The notes beneath the pieces were generated by a model. The model saw only the letters and a list, made by a program, of their open reading frames with translations, did no database searches and was not told the origin of the DNA. A stretch of DNA of 64,000 nucleotides from Catajapyx aquilonaris (Eukaryota), in contig KZ538016.1 in NCBI GenBank assembly GCA_000934665.2, positions 1 to 64,000 of the forward strand. The letters are read 5' to 3'. The position numbers and the translations under genes were made by a program. Positions 24,601 through 39,600 of this stretch are shown here, piece by piece; within the stretch, counting starts at the first letter, position 1, and every line of letters starts with the position of its first letter.

Positions 24601-27600
24601 CCCTCGTTCTGCGCCTGCGCAATGGGGAGGCAGCGCCTCTGGTGGATGGGAGGAGGAACTATAGTAATTAATTAAATAGTCACTCGAGCAGTAAGGGTGC
24701 ATCTACGTTAATGTGACGTAATTTTCCTCAAGCGGTGTGGCATTCCCTATTACATGTTCGTTTGCACACATTTTTTCCAAAAAAAATTTAATTAACATAG
24801 TTCCAGCCCCCATTTTTTCTATAGTTTGCTGTTTTTTTCCCCACCACTCTTGCCTGGTGCCTCCAACCCAGCGTAAAAGTTTGAAATGAATCTCTGGACA
24901 TGGCTCCCCGTTGCTGCCTGTGCCTGTTCTCTCATCTCATCGTCGAGGCCGAACCTCCTGAGGCCGGTGCTTGCCGTTGACGGCGGCTATTTTCGACCAG
25001 GCTCTCCGTGGCAGCAGCACAAGAATGTTTCCGTACCGAAATATCAAATCGAGAAAACGGCGCGCCCAAACTGGCCCAGGGGAAAAACGGTTGGGTAAAA
25101 AGAATCCAGAAGGATGCTGGAGGTACACACACACACACTGTGTCACACAACCCCATTCAGCATAATGGAGCCGGTCCTTCTGAGAAAAACCGCCTTATTC
25201 AATCTCCGGTATGGCGCCGTACCTTGCGTTGTCATCAGGAAACATCACGGGTATTTCTGTCAGTACGGTTGTGCAAGATTCTGGGGGGACTATACAGCAT
25301 GCAAAACACGCGCATTTTTCAACCGAGATCAAAATATTTTAGGCCTGACTGATCTAGCGGTTGTTTTGTTTATCCCACCTTTCAGCACGGGTTTACGTCC
25401 GCATCATAGTTTGAGGCTAACCAAAAGAAAATGGGGGTAGATACCAGGAACATCGGATCTGACAGCCAGTTTGGGTCGGTGCCAAGGCCTCCTAAATATT
25501 GGTCAACCCCCCAGCAACTCTTCTGTTTGGGTCACTCCAGCAAGCATGTAAAAGAAAAACGCCCATTTTTTTTGTCCTTTTTTTGACTTTTTGACCCCGA
25601 GTCTGGTGTGAGAGGAACGAGCTCGTGACAGTTAGGTTTGGTCTTTGTGACGAGGATGTGGAACCTGATTGTACCGAGGCATCAGGGTCGTCCGCATGAA
25701 GAGCGTGCGACACAGAACCAGCTGTTGACTCACGCGCCCCGGACATCATACGTATATCCGACATAAAATATTTATTTTCCAGTTTAACACTAACACCGAG
25801 CGTTGATTCTCCCAGGACGATGCAGAGGACCCAGCTCAAACAGGCAACCCACATAAAAGTGTGCTGCTGTGCTGAACAAGTGCAGCAGCCTCCACGCTCG
25901 ATGAATGACCGGGCACCATACAGGCCCCCCCTTTTCCCCACAGGGTTCATTTGGCGCTCAACTTGTCCCGAATTGCATGAATGCCCATATCTCCGCATCA
26001 AATTAACCTACTATATTGGCACGATGTGCAACAAAAATCGTTGCAGCGCTGCACAAAAAATGTGCATGCACATAATAACTGAGGGAAGATAAATAAACAA
26101 ATAAAGTCGTACATGCACATACTGCACTGTAATAACATGGAGTGAAAATAGCCGATTGTACAAGCGACGAAAACACTGCAGCACAAGGGTGCAATTGTTA
26201 CGTATTCTGAATTCTGCAGGGTATTGTGTAATTACCGGCAGTACAGTTGTGGAAATTAATAGCTTTTCCTTTACATGATTTCCTTTAACACGAAGCAGCT
26301 TCGCCAGGCGGCGATACTTGTGGAAATCCATTAATTTTCACCACTGCACTGTACAGCACCTACCTCCAACTAAGATTACAGAAATTGCGGAACTGTTACA
26401 TAACATTGCGTGCAATTTTTCAAACTAAAAATAACAGGTTACATCGAGTTATGCGGAATCCTAGTGCTCAAAACAGCTCATCAACACCAGACGGTCTGGG
26501 TTCCAAGGAAGGTTTGTAAACGCACCGCAACGATACTATAAAAGTTGTATCCCCCTATAGAAGTTGTCTGCCTCCTAAACACGTGCCATAAAAGTGACAA
26601 GTGCAACATTCCATATGCTGTCCCACACACACTCAATAACTACTCATTGTGCCTTCTTCAAGTCCTTGGCTCCAGTCAAATAAACACTCTCGAACTGGAA
26701 GGATAAAAAAAAAATCAGCAAAGACTGCTCATGTTTTTTAAAGGCGAGCACTCCGTCTGAAGCAGACGGGTTTGTTTTTGCCCCCGGGGCGGCGCCGGCG
26801 TCGATGCTCGGCGCCATCACTCGTAAAAGAGAAGGAGCAGTAAGCAAGCAGTGGGCGCCCCGAGGACTTTGGCCTGTCCTTCCTAGCGTCGCGGAACGTC
26901 GACGGAGGGGATGAGGAGGAGGAGGGGGTTAAAACCTGATGGGCGTCACGACGAACGGCGGTTGCCAAAGGAGGTCCCTGCTTGCTTGCCCATTAGAATA
27001 ATATTATGCCCCTCCCCGGCAGCTAGCTAAAGCAGCATCTGCGTCGCCAATCCAACAGGGCGAAGTACCCGTCCAAGGACGTGGAAGGACCACCGGATTT
27101 TTTTTGAGCATTTAAACTTCCCGCAAAAAACGCGCATTTGGAGGCAATCCGCAATGACGAAATATCGATGGGGATGCATCCATGCTACGGCCAGTACATA
27201 AAATGCATCGGGATAATATTTTGGTCAAAATTAGATCGTTATGTAACCGAGTCCTTGAAAGCATTTTTATGATGGTCAAGGCCAATCGCAGAGAAATGCT
27301 GGAAAAACTACCTCATGCAATCTTCAAACCTTACTACAAGCTAAAATACTAACAGATAAAGGTGTTTAAAAATCGATAACTTAAATTGAATCACTGTTAT
27401 TAAATCCTGACGTCATCTGTGCTTGATCTATAATGTCTTCATTCTGGATATTAAAAAGTGGACTAGTGCACGCTTCCATATGCGAGTGAGTGGCCAGTTT
27501 AGAAGAGTTGTCTGCGGCCTATATTTCAAAAATAGTATGGCAAGTCCTCGACTATTACAAGGGCCGCACGTCATAGAGCCCATTTAAAAACCAGTAATAA

Positions 27601-30600
27601 CAAAATGTCACACAGAGCGTTAACAGCTGCACCTATATGTAACTGTCAGGAACCAAAAAATTGTTGGCCAGCGTTTCGCGCACGTTCCCATAGTCCCTGT
27701 CGAAGAAATCCTTGGATGGGAAAAAATATGTATGAAATTGCCTGTTCGAGGCCAGCACGTCTACAAGGTGTTTCATAATTTTTCAGTGTTGTGTTTGAAG
27801 GCTATTAGTTCAATAACGAGGCAGATGAGAGCAAACATCTCGACTACACAAAATGATCTGGTGTCCACGAGTTTACTTGAATCGTGATGAAACCGCCATG
27901 TATAATAATAGCGCGTTTTCACCTGACATTCTTCCGTCCTTCTACCCACCCCAAAAGCGGCCTCCGTGGTGATTAAATGCCGCGAGCGTCAGCAGCTGCC
28001 AGAAAGGTTAAGAGACAGGAACGACGACACACGTGTGCCAAGCCCATGACACGTGTCGCCTCATCTTTGTCAATTGATTCCACGGGAGCAAAAGACTGGC
28101 AGCGTCTGTGCTGCCTTATTCATTTTCATTTCTAAGGAGCTGCCCAAAAAATTGAATTCTTCCAAGTCAACAGGTTTCTCCCCCGATCAAATAAATAAAA
28201 AAAATAAAATAAAAATCCGCGTCCTACATATTGATACGATTTTTCCGCGGCGATAATGATCACATTAAGGACAAGAGCGAGGCAGACTGGCGTGGTCCCG
28301 TGCCAAGAAACCTGCCCACGCTACTCATGCATTGCTAATCCGGTCAGGTCACGATGTTGGCACCACCTTCTGACCGAACCCGCCGGTGCCAAGCCTACAT
28401 TTCGCCGTGCCATCCTTTTCTTGCTCGCAGCCAAACAACTGTCTTTGCCCTCCCCAACCAACCAACCAACCAACCAAACCCACCCACTGAGAGAAAGAGT
28501 GGCCCCGAAGAAGTTGAGGGCAGCAAGTCCTTCTGGTATATGGTGTGGCCGAGGACGTCTCCAGTCTAGACGAGGGCCGCGGCCTTGCTGTAGGTGCTGC
28601 TGGGAATGCGGCTGCAACATCATGGGAAGGAAGGTGCATGCAACTGAACAATCGACACAGCGCAACACCCTGTACCGTATAATAATGCCCCCATTATTCG
28701 AGCGCAATTAATTTTCGAGCACATAACAGGTTCGCTTCCCCACGGTGATAAGATGTAGTGTGAGTGTGTGTGTGTGTGTGCTGAGGGTTAAAGGTCTCGT
28801 AGCTGGCGACGTCCCAGGGATCTAAACAAGCCATTGGCCACTTCCGCATTCAATACCTACGCTTCCAAATGTGTCTGAGAAAATGAGACCGGTCTGAGAA
28901 AATAGACGTAAGTTAATATTCACCACCTGCAAGTCGGCAGGTGCCGGTTCAAAAAATGCGGCGCAGTTTTTAGCTGTTTCTCCACCAGTTATGTTATAGA
29001 TTAGGCCTGGAGGGCCACGTGCCGCGATCAGGCGCAAAAACCCAGGTCCAGCACGTGTACAGAGTGACTCAAAACGATAGGGCATATGGCGTCCAGGGTC
29101 AGAAGGCGGACCGGGATCAGACTAGTCTCCCCTTGGAAGACCTTGGGGAATTCCTCGCACATTTTTTTAAAAAACTTATACACTCTGGATACGACCTTGT
29201 GTTTACACGGGCGAAACACTCGACGTGTATGGCGACTATGGATATTACGTCCTGCGCAGTTCGATAATTGACGGTGCTAACGTCCTCTCGACACGTGCTG
29301 GTTATCTGCACCGGATGCCTCCCAGAGAAAACTGCTTTCACCAATAAATGGTAGAGGGGGGAGAAGCTTTTTGGATGGGTAAGGTGGAAATGCTCGACAT
29401 CCGCCACACGGAAAATCCAAAAGAGGAGAGGGTTTTTTTTTCCTGTCGAGTCTGCACTTTCGTGGGGGGTGGAGGCTGTTGACACCAGGGGATGCCTAAC
29501 GAGCTCCTCAACTTTCCGATCTCATTTTTATCGCAATTTACGTCCGCAGAGTCATCAGCTACCCCCTGCAGACCTCATCAGACCCCGCATTGTCCTCCCA
29601 GTGTATGCAACCAAAATATATGAAAATGCTGACTAACGATCCCTCTATATAACTTCAAACTTGTAATAATTTGCCTCCAGGATTTATGACTCTTCGATCC
29701 CCTTCCCTGGACGGTCCTGATTATGCCTAAAATTGAGACTTTGAATTATGTGACAATCAACATGATGTTGACCCCCCGCCCCGGGCACTCTGGGCATGTT
29801 TTAGGGAGTTAACCTCATTCGAACTGAATGACATTGCTGCACTTCTAGATGGGGAAGGGAATCCGAAATTGGCCAACCGTGGATATGGTTTCACAGTGGG
29901 TTCATTTAACTTTATCCATCCCAGGCTTTAATCCAGAGGGAGCCTGGCTTGGAATATTGGCGGACGGGTAAGATTGGCGCCATGTCAAGCCAATTCCAAG
30001 CCCTGTAAGTTTGTTGGGGCATAAACACACGGTGTGGATGATCATAATAGTTGACGGGGGTCGTGCCCCTGATGCAGTACCGCGGCAGCGTTATGAAAGT
30101 GCTTTCTATATTTGCACAGGGTGTGTATCTACCAGGATTGTGGAACCAGCAGAAACTCACTTTCAGGGTGGGGAAGGGGGTTAGATGAGAGTTGAGGGTG
30201 GTGGAAAGGCATTTGCTTCTGCTCGACTGCCAACGATTGGGGAGAATATTAACAAAGTCGGGAGGCCAGAAAATCAGGTTTTGCACGAAAGTTTGGAGGT
30301 TAAAATTACCATTCATGACGTGGCTCTCCCCATCGTGATAAAGCAAACTAGAGGGGGGGACCCCAGCAGAAAACCCACCCACCCACACCAGTACTCGAGT
30401 CCACCCAAGCATATCGATCACAAAGAGATTGTTGCCCGCGAAATGTCAATGGAATTAGATGCTCTAGTCACAGACGAATTGTCAGGGCTCCTTGTTAAAA
30501 TGAACCAAGTTGCGCCATTTCCTATAGTCTCATACTAAATTTATTACAAATCAAAACTTTGTCGCTCATATAAATGTTTCATTGCTCATTTTCGCTTCGG

Positions 30601-33600
30601 TGTTTAATGTACTGTACGTGGTGCGGTGCAAAGTTTTTTCTGTTGGAAAGTTCACTGTAATCCAATCAATTCGGGCTAGTTTCTGCCAGCACTAATTCAA
30701 AATTGAGTTTGTTCGGCCTGAAGCGAAATAAATATTCTACCGGAGTACCTCAGTGTGATCAATGCGGTTATCACTCATATTTTTACAGCATCCCACTTGC
30801 AGAAATTTTGAAACCATGTCATTGTTGTACTGTACTGCCACCTTGTTTACAACCGTGAGCCTATATACTGCATATTCTATATTACGACAGTTTTTCCCCC
30901 TCTCTCGCAGATACTGTACGCACAGTATCTATTTCTGTCAAAGCGTAGCCATACTGTACGATAAAATATAGACTCCTGATCTAATAATAACCGATGTCAG
31001 TGTTATTCAGCAACGTTCCCTTGGAAACTCTAATAGGCTTCTCCGCAGGTCCCTTCACTATATACAATAGACTGCTGGAAAAGCAAAACAACATCCGTTT
31101 CCAGCAGCAACATTTTGACTATACTGTACGTCCAAAATTGGCTTCGTCAGGCGTATAGCTCATTACTAATAAATACTTTGCGCACTGAGCAGTGCAAACA
31201 CACTCAGACACTATTGACATTAATAATAAACAGCCTCTCACTTCGAACGGTAACTGAGTCGTTCTATAGACTTGGCTGGATGGGTGCATCACAGTGATGG
31301 GCAGAAAAAAAAAGAAGTCTGCGACTGTTGTGGGTTGGCTGGTTGGAAGAGAAAACGGGACAGGAGGAGTCTTGTTATGAAAGTCACGATGGTGCCACAA
31401 ATCAGCTGGGGCCTCCGCCGCCATGCTGTTCACTATATAGCTTCTTCCAACCCTCCCTTCTTTGATGCCAGCAGCATGCACGCTCGCATGAGGTCGGGTC
31501 AGTGAAGACTTTTCCTCGCGCACGACCTCCGAGGAGCCTTCCTCTTCAATTTCGGATTTTCATGGTCATACCTGCCCGAATGTACGTGCAATCCGGACTG
31601 GATATGATCGGAATCAGTTCTAACCAAGCTGGAGCACATACTATACATGTAGGCCCACTTAAATTCATTGAGGTCGACATTATTGTCGTTTTAGGCGAGT
31701 TATTCAGTTGAAATTACACTTCCTGCAGATGCTTTGCTCATAAAAGAGCCATAATACTTACTGCTAGAGTGACTCTGCCAGTGGAATCGCTTACCTGCAA
31801 AGAGAGAAAAAAATGGGGGTAATTACTTCCTGATACCAACAACACAGATCGTTATCAGAATAATGGCAGGACATAGTTGAAGGGCTTGATCTTCAAGTGG
31901 CGGATGCTTCAATGAGAAAAGTTGGGACATGGCAAAAATGCATTTCATTACGGTTCAAGTCCGGCTTAGGCTAGATTCCTGTGCGCACACACACGACAAG
32001 AGGCGGGAAAATAATGTCTACATCAAGCATGGCCTTTTCCACGTAGCTGACGTCAACTGGGAGATGATGACGGCAGTTTCGCGCCTTCCAGATTCCAAAC
32101 TTGTTCATCCAGCCCTCGAGATCCCACCCTCTTACTTTTTCACTCCCCGGCTTCACCTCTTTTCTTTGGGAACAAAACCTGGGGAATTAATTTCACCCAG
32201 ACCATTTGTCTGGCTCGCACGTCATCAAATGAATGCATCTCATCATGCTATATCAGGCACACAGGTGCTGCCTGCTGCACAACTCACACTCGTCCCAAGC
32301 ATAATTAACAGCGACCCTCAACTTATACCCAGAATTATATATTAAATCAATCCGGACACAATTTTTTGATATAACCAAGCACCAACATGTTACGTCACGG
32401 TCATTATTCAAGAGATTGACTATAAAGCGTCAACTTGTAATCTTTCCCGTGTTATGACTGGACGTTTCGGCCGTGACGATGTTTTGATAGTAAACCACAA
32501 CGGTGATGAGTCTGAGCCAATACTGATAAGCCTCACTGGGATAATAATGCCCTGCCGACGTATTTATTGTCCTTTTGCCCTGTTATCTTTACACCACACT
32601 ATTCAATTGCACTAACGTGTGTACCAGATACCCCTATAGTTGCACATTTTAAAAAAAATATCGAGATACACTGAACCCACGCCTTGTAAATAACCGGGTA
32701 ATAATGACAAAAATAAATTCGCCACCGTCTGAGTTTATGGTTCTCCCTGTCAAGCAAAGCCATCGTTATCCCCAACAATTAAGGGCACACCCCATTTTTT
32801 CCCCCTCGAGTCGATTTTTTTTTTTTGTCACGCTCGGAACAGATTATTTCCTTTTCGCTTCTCCACGTGCCTGGCTCATTCCGCACACAAGTGGTCAAAT
32901 AAACAAATGAGATGGCTTGTTGATTCGCTGGGGTATTATGACCTAACAGGGGTCCCTTTTATAACAAAGCAAAAAAAAATCAGGTGCAATTTGCTCACGC
33001 CTCTCGATTTTTTTTAACGTAGTTCTACCGCCACATTCCTCGTCCGATTCCATCATGTATTAGATGGCCAAGTGCGATATGGATGGGAAGTTACGAGTTC
33101 GTTAGAGGCAGGGCGGATATCTGCTTCTCTTTTGTTTCGGCCTGGAATGCTCGTAATTTGGCGTGTTTCAGCAGACTGAAAAAAATTGGGGGGGAGGGCA
33201 GAGCGGCCTGGTGAAAACTCTTCATGGTTATTATACTCGTCTCATGCACAAATGCTGGGGGGTTTGAATATTACGCGAAACGATTATAAGTACTGGTTTT
33301 TGCCATGATTCAATAGCTAATTGCTGGTCTCCAAATACTGATTAAGCCCCTAAATCGCAGGCTCCTGGCTCCGAAATTACACTAGGTGCCGGAAAATGTC
33401 CTCTTGTAAATCATAAAAATGGTAGTACCCGTTTTCACGTGCGCTGCTGTTAATCGATCGACTAAAAGCATGGGGAGTAACCCTGGCTCAATTAATAATC
33501 CAGCCAAGATGGCGCTTTATAAATGATTTTTTTTTTCTCTCTAACAATGCAGCAGGTGAGGTTAGGTGTTAAAATTTGTCCGGACCCAATTAGTGTCCCC

Positions 33601-36600
33601 GTCATTTAATTTTGAAAAGCCATGCAGGCGTGCTTGCGCAGATTTTAGGTCAAATCTTATCGGCTTCTAAATCTGCACTCTTACTATATTTTCTGTTAGT
33701 GCCGAGGAAGATGCCAGCTCACGCCCTCCTTAGCCACTTCCATTTGCCTTGTTTCCTTCCCAAGAACAACATTTGCAGCGTTCTGTGTACATTTTCCAGC
33801 AGGATATGCCGTACAGGCCCTGCCTCCACTCACAGCAGGATGTGGAAGAAATCAATAACTCCAGGGACGTCTCAACTAAAGACAATCCATCGCAAACCAA
33901 ATTTTTAATGAAGCCTCCCATATCAACATACCAATCGCGCCCAAAACGATATATACAATATATTTCGCCTGCTGAGGCGGCAATATTAATCCGACATTGT
34001 GGCAGGGTGAGTCAATATACGATTGCTCAAGATGTACAGGATGTTAATTCGATATGCTTGAAATACTTATATGTAAGGGTACACCCTTTTCTAATGAAGC
34101 ACTTTGAAGGCGACGGGTCAGCGTTTCAGCAAGTGCTACAAAAATACAGATAGCGTGACAGAAACAAACATGGCCGGGCACACACACGTGTGAGCTTCTT
34201 CAACCCTCCCCCACCCTCTCTCTCTCTCACTCTTTTCTACACATACACACGTTGGAGTACACACCACTTTGGAGGTGGGGGGGATTTACTACAGCTCGTG
34301 GGTAAAAATACCAGTCCCCATGGCAGGGTGCCCATTGAGGCGGACATGAGCCAGCATCTCTTCCGCCTGCGGAATATTTCATGGGATTTTTGCGGTGGGT
34401 CGCGAGGGTGCCATAAATTGCATTAGTTCGCCTCCACTGTAATGAAAATAAGGGTCCCGGTACATTGTGCGCAACGGAGTATGTACTCTTCGGGGCCAAT
34501 GCACGCTGTCGAGCCGTGTGTGAATGGTGGACACCCCCTATACCCAGTCATCACCTGCCCTCTTTCCATGCAGCCGTGTTGTGTACTAAGGTGATGAACC
34601 ACAGGCCCAGACTTTGCGCAGACTAAACAGCTAAGCCGGGGAGTTGACGCCATATTGGCAGAGCAGTAAAAGTCGCTAACGAATCGGCACCAACTATAAA
34701 CACAATCCGCAAGAGCAAATTTTTGCCTGCCCCAATATTGTCGGATATGACAACCTATTATAATACGACTGCTGGAAGAGGAAGCGTGTCTGTTCTGCCG
34801 GTTGCAAAGGGGTCGCAACATGCACGTACGCAATCGATACTGTCTGTCCGTTTGAAAAAGAAATAAAACAGGTCGTCGAACATTTTGCGAGGTAGACCTT
34901 GCATGTACTACTGTCAGACTGGGGGAAGTCTCGCGACCGCTCGCGACAAGCGAGTCAATTAAAGGCAGAATCCGCAGGATTGGGAAACGTGTCGCGCGCT
35001 GGCGTAAACTCTGTATACAGCTGGGACTTGAACTCGGACAAGACGTTGAATTATATCCTCTTGAAATGGAGGCTGGACTCCTTTGCTCTGGGGCCAACCC
35101 CTCCCCAATCGATCTTCCAGCAGCAACCGGCAGCAACCTCCGATTGTTTGTCTCCACTGTCGCAAGCCTCCAGGATTCAGAGAGATAACCTTTTATTATG
35201 CTGCGACCGGGCCCAAATTTCAGTGGCTCAGTATGTGGTTGCCACGATGTGGCACAAAAAGGTCTGATGTATGTGCAGGGGGGGTTGCTGATCAAATAAG
35301 GCTTCCTGAAAAAAAAAATCGATGCAGCCCTGTCCTCCCACCAAATACTGTCCTGAACGAATAACGTCACAGCAGCGTCTAGAATCGAAGGCACTGGGCT
35401 GTTTGTTTACACATTCCGCCGCTTCTGACTAGATCCAGCCAGTCGGATCCGCCGAATGGATTTCTGCCAAATTCATACACTGCACAAGTCTCCATCAGTA
35501 CCCGCAACAATCAGTGGCCACATATTAAATCTCCGTGCGGAAAATTTCTAAAACATTATAGCAATCGCATTACGCAATTTTCATCTAACGTACCGGAGCC
35601 GTGGATTATACTTCCCGTATTGTGTACCGACAATGCTGAAATAATCCCTGGAGGGTTCGTACTCTTTTCTAAATGAGAAAATCTGGCTCCCTCGGCCCGC
35701 ATTTCCGTGGATATTCGATCCGATGTAACAGAATAGACCAGGAGGAAATGCTGGGTCCCCTCCTCTGCGGTCACGTATAGTTAAGAGAACCCGATGTAAA
35801 TTGACCAGGTGAAATTTAGTCCTCACCCGATATTCCGCATAATTATGGATGAGCAGGGATAGCAAATTGACCCAGTATTTTTAGACTCGATCAAACTTGT
35901 TCTAAATAACAGATGGTTTACACAAAGGCGACGGGGAAATTAATCAGGCCACATTCCCCAGCAAACACTGTTTACAACACGCGCATTCCAGAAAAAGCTG
36001 CACACGTCGGATTGTGTTCCCTATACGCGGTCAGGAGCTGTTACCAACACCATATTCCCCCAAAAAGCCAGGCCCGCAGAGAGCAACGCCTGCAAAAACC
36101 CAAATTCCATCCTCATGCTGGGAGAGTTTTTTTTTAAATAATAAAAAAAGAGGAGGGCATAATTCGACCCAGACAGGGCGTGTGTGTGCCAGTACGAAAA
36201 AAATTTGGAAAGAAGGATAAGCGTATGGTAGCACGGAATGCGTACGTTACAAGGTGGGGTAAGCTAAAAGATTCGGTGGCGTCAGTCAGAAATATAGGCG
36301 CCATTGCACGCCAACCTCTCTCGATCACCTCTAGCTGACCTCGGCCTCAAAAACCGCGTGTCCACCGCACGCGAAAGCGCCTTCCTTCCAAGGACGCTTT
36401 TCCACACATTTCATCCTACGAGAGAGGTACTCTCTCTTACTAACACGACCCATACAGGCCATTAAGCCGATCAAAAAATTCGGGAATGTCCCAAATTTCG
36501 GCAAAGTGACAAGTTTTGTTCAACGCTAACACGCACAAGTCAGTGAATACTTCTATATAGGCTACATTTTAAAAAAAATACAGCACCTGTGGGTGGTGAA

Positions 36601-39600
36601 TTCACAAACTGAGCTACGAAATGTATAGGAATAAAATGTGGCATTTGGTTCGTCACTATCCCAAAACCCTGACGAGAGTGGTGGTCTCATCCTCCAAGGA
36701 CGGCTGGGATTGGAAACTGATCTCTTACAATCCTTTTTCTTCCCCCTTCCCATTTTTCTTGGCGTCGTCACGACAGCACCATATGTGGCAGGGGTTCAAA
36801 CGCATTTGCCCAACAATAACAGGGGACGTCGAGTCATGCCGGGGTCGCACACGATGTAGGCCAGGCGAATTTGTCCAGTTGTACCGCAATTACTGGTATC
36901 CAATTGGGGCTAATTCTTGCTGGCGTCGTCAACCCTCCCCTCCAGAAGGAGTGTTAGGTCCCCATTAGGCTATTAGTTAGAAAGGAACGTTTTGTGGAGG
37001 GGACTCCTCAGACCATTGCAGCACAATGCTTGCCAAAATTGCCTCCATCCCATACTCAAAATTGCGGGCAGACCCCGGGGTAATCGGCACCGTAACTGTG
37101 TAGAGGAGCAGCAAATGCCGTCTGTGTACGGTGCAGGCAAGGGTAATTGGAACGAGAGGACTAAGGAGGATTCCGGGATCATGCTGGTACAAGTAAAAAC
37201 ACATTTCTACCTGCAGTTCTGGCTGGACGAGCCTCTCCTGCCTCAGTCGAATTCCGACGCAATTTCCTATACGATTTATCGCCTGGTATCTCCGGCCTAT
37301 ATGCTGCTCCCCCTTCCAGACAGAAGAATGGTGCACCTTCAAAGGTCCCTGGAATTTGATTTCCCACGAACACGTTTGCTCCCTAAATCGATAACAGAAC
37401 CGGATTATCTGAATCGGAGACTAGAAGCCTGCTGATCAGCCAGGTGCCACGCACACAATAAAAATAGATTCGCCCGATTATTCCGCGGTCCTATTTTGAC
37501 CACGGGGCACACCAGTATGTGACAAGGTTTAAAGGTGACAAGCTGTTGCTCTCTACGGAATCGATTCTGGAAGCTGTGGTCTCCAGACGGATGACCCAGT
37601 CAAATGATCCGTGAAGGCAATGTTCCTCCGAATGTTTTAAGTTATATCCATAGTTGGCGAGTGGCGCCCGGCACCCACTTTTTTTAAAGGAAAAAAGGGG
37701 TGGTGACAGGTTGATGAATCGGGCCCAGGCCGTCGTGGAAGTTCGCAAAAGCCGTCTGAGCTGGGTGGCAGCACGCCGTCTTCCCAGGCAGACCGCTAGG
37801 AATAGAGATTCGACCATGGGAGACATGCAACGCAAGAGACGCATTCGGCCCACTACCGGGGGCCAAAGTTGGGCAGACGATGGTGGGGCAGTTTTTTTTT
37901 TTTCGTTTAATTTTCCCGAGGAGCTAGCTACGCGCATATCCGGACCTGGAAGCTGCTGTTACACGCCACGTTCACAGAATATTGCACAAAAATTAAAATG
38001 CCGCCGGGCTATTTGCTATGTCCTGGAATTACACCGCGCAAGAACTAAAACTGTGGCAATGCGACTCGCGTTCTAGAATTTCATACGATGCAAAAATTGT
38101 GCCGTGTGGGCCGAAATGCCTAATTTGCTGGAAGACAACTTTTGCTATCTGGTCCCGTTTGAAGAGGTCGTGGCAAGTTGGACATGAAACGGAATAGGTC
38201 GCACAAAGCCATCGGGTGTTGTCACTCACTCGCTGAAACCTAATCAGGCCTCCCTCTGATAAACTTGTGGATGATGCGCTCATCTTACATAAGCGAGTTG
38301 GCAGCAGAGCGCGGCCAACAAAGAGGGTCTTTGACCACCACCTAGGCCAGACGGTGGAGCAGACGAGGATTTGTCGAGGTGTGCAGATCACGCATGCGGC
38401 TTGTTTCTTTCTTTTCTTTTCTTACTAAAAAAAACACACCCCCGGTGATTCTTGCCACGCGCGATTCACAGCAGCATGCGTGGCTTGCAAGACCCGGCTG
38501 CCTGCACACACGCTATATATTATGGCCACCCCACCACTCCACCATTTCCGTGCCTTTTTAAAACTCAAAAGAGTGCCAGTCTCGCAGGAAACCTTGTCTT
38601 ATCTCCCTTGCCGCAGCCTTACAGCCCAAACACATCACTCAGCGATCGCAATCGGCCCAGACCAATAACTGCGGAATTACGATAACACCCATGTATGGTA
38701 CCGATGATTTTTGCTTAAATAGTCCGTAGAGTAATGTGCAATTAATTACACCTGGCATCGGGTGGGACGTTTTGAAAGTCTGGGGGGTATCGATTGCTCT
38801 GCGGCAACCATCACATGGATAGGGTTTTATACTAGACGTCTTACTCTTATTTTATATACCCCCCTCTATATACCCCTCTCCTAAAGTCTTGAGTCGGTCT
38901 GGCCTTCAGCCAATTGAGCTTGACGCTTCGAAGGTGCCTGGTCAATCCCCTCTTGAAAGTACCGCACTCTCAAGCACACGCACCTCAGGAATTTCTACTC
39001 CGGTAGAGAGGGCAGGGCCATTGTTGGGGCCTCGCAAAAACCAGCCACAGACGACCCACACCTGCCCTGATGCGCCTCGGAATACTAATCAGGGTGACAT
39101 CGATGATTGAAATATATATTTTTTTAAAAATGGTCCGCACCCGCACTGCTGGTATTGAACAGCATCAAATATTAAAAGCGCAATTTGGATTCCCGGCCGA
39201 TTATGTGCGATGAAAATCGTGATCCACAGGCCATGGATTGGTGCGCACTGGGCGCTTCATGCACTCGAATCAACTCTATTATTGTAGCAAAAACTAATGG
39301 GATTTAGGCTCGTATCAGTTCTTTCCTCCGACTTTGTCCTATTCAAACATAGCTGCATAAAACTGGACACGGGAATCGTGACTGTTTGAAGTTAGTGTCT
39401 CTATTTGCATTCGCAGGCAAAACCTGCCCTCGATGGAATACCAATTCGCAATTATGAGGGCCGGGGAGCGCCGCGCTTAATAATTGGGAATTTTGCACCT
39501 TTCAAACCCAATCAGGATTACAATTTAAACTATTGCGACAGCCGCCGGAGCGGGGGACCGGTAATGCTGAACAGGCTGAAAATTTCCCAATCCCCGACTG

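Noticed and set aside
24886..25098. Small secreted-peptide-like ORF ([14 protein letters not shown]...)
   Set aside because: Short, antisense within an intron, and with no supporting gene structure or family motif.
29912..30538. Possible LINE reverse-transcriptase fragment ([12 protein letters not shown])
   Set aside because: Only a vague resemblance; no QG..LSP or YADD motifs follow.
34423..35394. 323-aa minus-strand ORF in the Ski intron
   Set aside because: Non-ATG start, no recognisable domain, and composition typical of a chance ORF; a BLASTp hit would be needed.
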